Positions 32,352-35,371 of a stretch of 35,371 bases of DNA are shown piece by piece. Position numbers and translations under genes: made by a program. Under the pieces are notes generated by a model that saw nothing but the letters and a program-made list of their open reading frames with translations, searched no databases and was not told where the DNA came from. How positions within the stretch are numbered: the stretch's first letter is position 1; every line of letters starts with the position of its first letter. Source of the DNA: an uncultured Candidatus Saccharibacteria bacterium (lineage in GTDB: Bacteria > Patescibacteriota > Minisyncoccia > Portnoybacterales > UBA2143); contig CAZPQT010000002.1 in the NCBI GenBank assembly GCA_964589195.1, forward strand, positions 1-35,371, written 5' to 3'.

Positions 32352-32515
32352 AAAACCCTCTTGTCTAATAACCTTTCTACTGCAATTTCCAGATTTGGGC
32401 TACGGCTTTGTAAAAATTTCTCAACGTATACTCTGTATACGCTTCAAAATTTTTACTTTGCCTCGCCTCAAATCTGAAAATTTCGTTACGAAAATTATTA
32501 AACAAGAGGGCTTTT
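32352..32515. other. Roughly 160-nt imperfect long hairpin / palindromic element (candidate structured RNA or MITE-like element)
   Basis: Nested complementary segments: CCCTCTTGT (32356-32364) with ACAAGAGGG (32502-32510); TAATAA (32366-32371) with TTATTA (32495-32500); CAGATTT (32390-32396) with AAATCTG (32470-32476); GTAAAAATTT (32410-32419) with AAATTTTTAC (32447-32456). The apex is CGTATAC-TCT-GTATACG (32425-32441). Confidence 0.6.
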
Positions 32516-32520
32516 GATTA

Positions 32521-32549
32521 TTGACCTTGGCTGTATTGTGTTATAAAAT
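32521..32549 (+). promoter_or_regulatory. Candidate promoter of the tRNA pair
   Basis: TTGACC (32521-32526), a 17-nt spacer, then TAAAAT (32544-32549). Alternatively, an extended -10 TGTTATAAA at 32539-32547. The tRNA 5' end lies at 32559. Confidence 0.5.
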
Positions 32550-32558
32550 ATGATTTGA

Positions 32559-32635
32559 CGGGGCGTAGCCTAGTGGCTTAAGGCGCAGCGTTTGGGACGC
32601 TGAGATCGCAGGTTCAAATCCTGTCGCCCCGACCA
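32559..32635 (+). tRNA. tRNA-Pro: tRNA-Pro (anticodon TGG), CCA encoded
   Basis: Hand-folded cloverleaf. Acceptor CGGGGCG/CGCCCCG (C1:G72, as in bacterial tRNA-Pro). D stem GCCT/AGGC. Anticodon stem CAGCG/CGCTG with loop TTTGGGA. T stem GCAGG/CCTGT with loop TTCAAAT. Discriminator A plus CCA. Confidence 0.9.
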
Positions 32636-32637
32636 AG

Positions 32638-32709
32638 GCGGGTATGGTATAATGGCTATTACGCAACTTTTCCAAAGTTGCAATACGGGTTCGATCCCCG
32701 TTACCCGCT
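32638..32709 (+). tRNA. tRNA-Gly: tRNA-Gly (anticodon TCC), CCA not encoded
   Basis: Acceptor GCGGGTA/TACCCGC. Anticodon stem CAACT/AGTTG with loop TTTCCAA. T stem ACGGG/CCCGT with loop TTCGATC. It starts 2 nt after the CCA of tRNA-Pro. Confidence 0.85.
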
Positions 32710-32713
32710 CCCT

Positions 32714-32750
32714 AATAATAAAATCCCGAATAATTCGGGATTTTATTATT
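32714..32750. terminator. Bidirectional rho-independent terminator between the tRNA pair and the convergent cohesin gene
   Basis: Perfect 17-bp inverted repeat AATAATAAAATCCCGAA-TAA-TTCGGGATTTTATTATT. The GC core is flanked by T-runs in both orientations. Confidence 0.7.
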
Positions 32751-32769
32751 AATGTAAACAAATTATCAA

Positions 32770-34506
32770 CTATTCTAATTTCTCTATTTCTTTTTTGAGA
32801 TATCCTTCCATTTTCTTGATATTTTCCTGCAGTCTTTTCATCATAAATTCGTCGTCCGCCTCGGTCGGAGTCCCAATGGCTTGTTGTAATTTTTCTATAT
32901 CATCCTGAATAAGTTTAAAGACCTTGGCCATATCGGTTTTAACAACTAAAAGTCGCAGCGTTAGTTTCTCCTGCTGTTTTTTATAAAACCAAACTCCTCC
33001 GCCAAATCCTCCGGCTATTATTATAAAAAGAAATATCAAGGCGCCTCCCATGCCAAGCTGAATAAACCCAATTTGAATAATTGGCTTGCTTTTGACTCGT
33101 ACCTCTGAAGAGTCCACCACCAGACTCAAGGCGCCTCGCTCATCTTGACTCTGGGCAGTTAAAATATATCGTCCATTTCTAAAAGGCTGGTCAAAAGTAA
33201 ATTCCCAGTTGCCCCTTTCATCCGCCTGAGTTGTGCTGTTGGCAAAAAGTATGCCTTCCCGAAGAACAGCCAGCAACACATTGACGCCCGGCAAAGCCGC
33301 CCCTTTTATAGTTAATCCTTTTTCTTCATTGGAAAATAATTCTTTAGTAACAAAAGTGATGGTCGGTGATGCAATAGGAATGATTTCCAGCACCACGTCA
33401 TCTTCAATGCCATTATCGGCCTGATCAACCGCTTTTACGGTAATCCGTCGCTTACCCGGCGATTGCAATGGCAACTTAAAGCTTCCATTAAACTCTGCGG
33501 CGGGAATTTTTATTAAATCGCCGTCGCCAATTCTTACCTGATATTCCTTAAGACCAGAGAGGGCGTCGCTGGTCTCGAATCGAAACGTAGGAGTTGGATT
33601 ATCAGTCGCCTCGCCTTCAACAACAGCAAGCTCAAACCCAAGCGGAGGATAAGTATCAATGGCCAAACGATAATGCGCCGCCGGGCCCCAGCCAAGATTA
33701 TTTTGAAAACGCATATGAAGATACCAAATGCCGTCTTGCAAGGCACCAAAAGTTTTATTATCAAAAAGTCCCTCGGATCGTCCGGGCGGGATAGAATTTG
33801 GATATTTGTTGAGCGCCGTACTCACGCCAGAAATATCAAGCGGTAAATCCCAACTTACCGTAAACTGCGCCACCAGGTTATACCAACGGTTTTCTTCAGG
33901 ATAGAGTGGAATTTTAAGAATAGGCACTGAAGGCAATTTCTCTGAAGGCACGACTTCCCGAATAATTTGTTCGGGCTCTGGAATTTTTTGCTGGGGTTCT
34001 GGAACTTTTGGAATAATTCTTTGAGGGACTACCGTAATCACCGCATCATTTATCTTCGATAATACATTGGTTCCGCTTCCATCAGCCGCCGCGATCGCGG
34101 CTTCTGTAAGTGAAAGTGCGCCGCTGCCGGTTCCTCTTGCCAGAAATTCTATTTTTAGGATTCCGACAGCGCCCCCGGAAACTCCGGACGGCGTGCCGCC
34201 GATAAACGAGATAACACCTTCAGTGTTAGAAAATTGAGGTTCTTCAAGCCAAAAGCTGAATACAGATTCTGCTTTGTCTAATGCAGTTACCTCGAGCGTA
34301 TCTTTAGGGAAACGAATTACTGCCTGGGCCGCGTTAAAACTTTCCCCTTCGCTATCAATCCTAATCTCAATCGTCATTTTTTCTCCGATTCCAATCTCGG
34401 AACTAGTAGGTGTTAAAGAAAGTGTAGCGGCCTGCGCCGAAGAAAAAATACCCCAAGCAATGACCCCAGCCAATATGGCTATAATTGTTTTAAATTGATA
34501 TTTCAT
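32770..34506 (-). CDS. Cohesin-domain surface protein with a C-terminal TM anchor and coiled-coil tail
   Basis: Signal peptide (IIAILAGVIAWGIFSSAQA). Cohesin-like module ATLSLTPTSSEIGIGEKMTIEIRIDSEGESFNAAQAVIRFPKDTLEV...GVISFIGGTPSGVSGGAVGILKIEF. Ig-like middle region. TM helix GGALIFLFIIIAGGFGGGVWFY. Charged helical C-terminus. Confidence 0.7.
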   Translation of the reverse strand: MKYQFKTIIAILAGVIAWGIFSSAQAATLSLTPTSSEIGIGEKMTIEIRIDSEGESFNAAQAVIRFPKDTLEVTALDKAESVFSFWLEEPQFSNTEGVISFIGGTPSGVSGGAVGILKIEFLARGTGSGALSLTEAAIAAADGSGTNVLSKINDAVITVVPQRIIPKVPEPQQKIPEPEQIIREVVPSEKLPSVPILKIPLYPEENRWYNLVAQFTVSWDLPLDISGVSTALNKYPNSIPPGRSEGLFDNKTFGALQDGIWYLHMRFQNNLGWGPAAHYRLAIDTYPPLGFELAVVEGEATDNPTPTFRFETSDALSGLKEYQVRIGDGDLIKIPAAEFNGSFKLPLQSPGKRRITVKAVDQADNGIEDDVVLEIIPIASPTITFVTKELFSNEEKGLTIKGAALPGVNVLLAVLREGILFANSTTQADERGNWEFTFDQPFRNGRYILTAQSQDERGALSLVVDSSEVRVKSKPIIQIGFIQLGMGGALIFLFIIIAGGFGGGVWFYKKQQEKLTLRLLVVKTDMAKVFKLIQDDIEKLQQAIGTPTEADDEFMMKRLQENIKKMEGYLKKEIEKLE

Positions 34507-34515
34507 TTTTTCATT

Positions 34516-35371
34516 TTATTTTTTAATAGCACGAATAAATATACTAAAATCTGAAATATTTATTTCCCCGTCATCGTTGAAATCGATTATTTTTTTCTGC
34601 GTTTCTTCTTCTGACCCCCATTTTGAAAGAAACATGCTCCAATCTTTGATATTAACTACTCCGTCACCGCTTAAATCGGTTTTGGGTAACATCAAACGGG
34701 ATACCACAAAAGCATTGGTAGGCGAATAATCGCTTTCTCGCTTTTGACTGGTGTCAACCTGCTTTACCCGTACGCGATGAGTACCGAATTCCAATATACC
34801 GGTATCTACGGCCGCTTTATACGACCCGTCTTTTTCTGCTTTTGCCTCTTCTTTTATTATATTATCTATTTCAATGCTGACATCATTGTTTGGCGAGGCA
34901 AAGCCGGTGATGATAGCGTTGCGTCCCCTTGTCACCAACCTTTCGGGAAGACCGACTGTCGGCGGAACAAAAATATCTTTTACTACGAAATCATTGGCCA
35001 GCGTATTAATGTTAAAAAATTTGGTCTGGGTAGGCCGACCTTCTTCGTCTTTGATGACCAGTCCGAAACTGTGCTGACTTTGGAGAATGCCGATAAAATC
35101 GACTTGAAACGCCCCATCCTCATTTGTGACAATATTCTGGCTTATTACTCTCTCAAACTTTATATCTTTATCAACAACGAGTATTGTAGCATTCGGGAAA
35201 GCTCTTCCAGAAAACGTTACTGTAGTGGGTTTTACTGCGCCGCCGCCAGACGGAGTCAGCTCTGGCTCTGGCTCCGGTTCTGGCTCTGGCTCCGGTTCTG
35301 GTTGCGTGGTCAAAGTCGGACAGACATCATAGTTGTCAAAGGCGGCACCATCATTACTAACTCTAAAACTG
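34516..35371 (-). CDS. Dockerin-bearing secreted protein; 5' end lies outside the window
   Basis: C-terminal paired dockerin-type Ca-binding loops DLSGDGVVNIKDWSMFLSKWG ... DFNDDGEINISDFSIFIRAI. The frame stays open upstream of the listed TTG (35313) to the window edge. It contains an (EP)8 linker. Confidence 0.7.
   Translation of the reverse strand, partial: SFRVSNDGAAFDNYDVCPTLTTQPEPEPEPEPEPEPELTPSGGGAVKPTTVTFSGRAFPNATILVVDKDIKFERVISQNIVTNEDGAFQVDFIGILQSQHSFGLVIKDEEGRPTQTKFFNINTLANDFVVKDIFVPPTVGLPERLVTRGRNAIITGFASPNNDVSIEIDNIIKEEAKAEKDGSYKAAVDTGILEFGTHRVRVKQVDTSQKRESDYSPTNAFVVSRLMLPKTDLSGDGVVNIKDWSMFLSKWGSEEETQKKIIDFNDDGEINISDFSIFIRAIKK
35258..35305. repeat. Hexanucleotide/18-mer tandem repeat encoding (Glu-Pro)n
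   Basis: GGCTCTGGCTCCGGTTCT occurs twice in tandem (35264-35281 and 35282-35299), with related hexamers on both sides. The minus strand encodes PEPEPEPEPEPEPEPE. Confidence 0.85.

Noticed and set aside
32570-32761. 63-aa minus-strand ORF
   Set aside because: It lies entirely antisense to the two well-folded tRNA genes and the terminator hairpin. It has no RBS and an implausible composition, so it is a shadow ORF.
1-35371. Alternative genetic code (TGA as a sense codon, as in some CPR lineages)
   Set aside because: Long ORFs with intact conserved motifs terminate at TGA (for example 6838-6840, 8023-8025 and 22311-22313). Gene boundaries are coherent under the standard code.

Overview
This is a 35.4-kb, AT-rich, very tightly packed bacterial segment that uses the standard genetic code (TGA is a stop). 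The gene content suggests a Patescibacteria/CPR-type genome, which is an inference: adjacent cohesin and dockerin surface proteins, a VirB2-like T4SS-pilin gene, giant pilin-like proteins, tandem O-antigen-ligase-like genes and many genes without a Shine-Dalgarno site.

Layout:
1. 1-8063 (+): envelope block with a flippase fragment, a DUF3160-like protein, a CapA-like protein, an L,D-transpeptidase and two O-antigen-ligase-like proteins.
2. 8023-20167 (-): eleven co-directional, near-contiguous genes forming a type IV secretion-like module. It has a VirB4 ATPase, a PrgI/VirB3-like protein, a VirB6/TrbL-like polytopic protein and a VirB2-like pilin, plus about seven proteins with no assignable T4SS role. 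There is no coupling protein, relaxase or VirB11 in the window.
3. 20396-21452 (+): two small lipoproteins.
4. 21431-24221 (-): rsmA and a UvrD/PcrA helicase.
5. 24243-32308 (-): type IV pilus block with a histidine kinase, a CheY-like receiver, PilB, PilC, two prepilin-like proteins and a PilX-like protein.
6. 32559-32709 (+): tRNA-Pro(TGG) and tRNA-Gly(TCC).
7. 32770-35371 (-): a membrane-anchored cohesin-domain protein next to a dockerin-bearing protein.

Most notable observations:
- The T4SS-like module.
- A family of perfect nested palindromes built on GGAC-N-GTCC. Copies sit in frame inside rsmA, the helicase and an O-antigen-ligase-like gene, and two copies donate stop codons. Differences between copies are compensated between the two arms.
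- About 49-nt inverted repeats that abut the start and stop codons of pilB.
- A roughly 160-nt imperfect hairpin upstream of the tRNA pair.

All family assignments come from motifs read by eye. No database search was possible.
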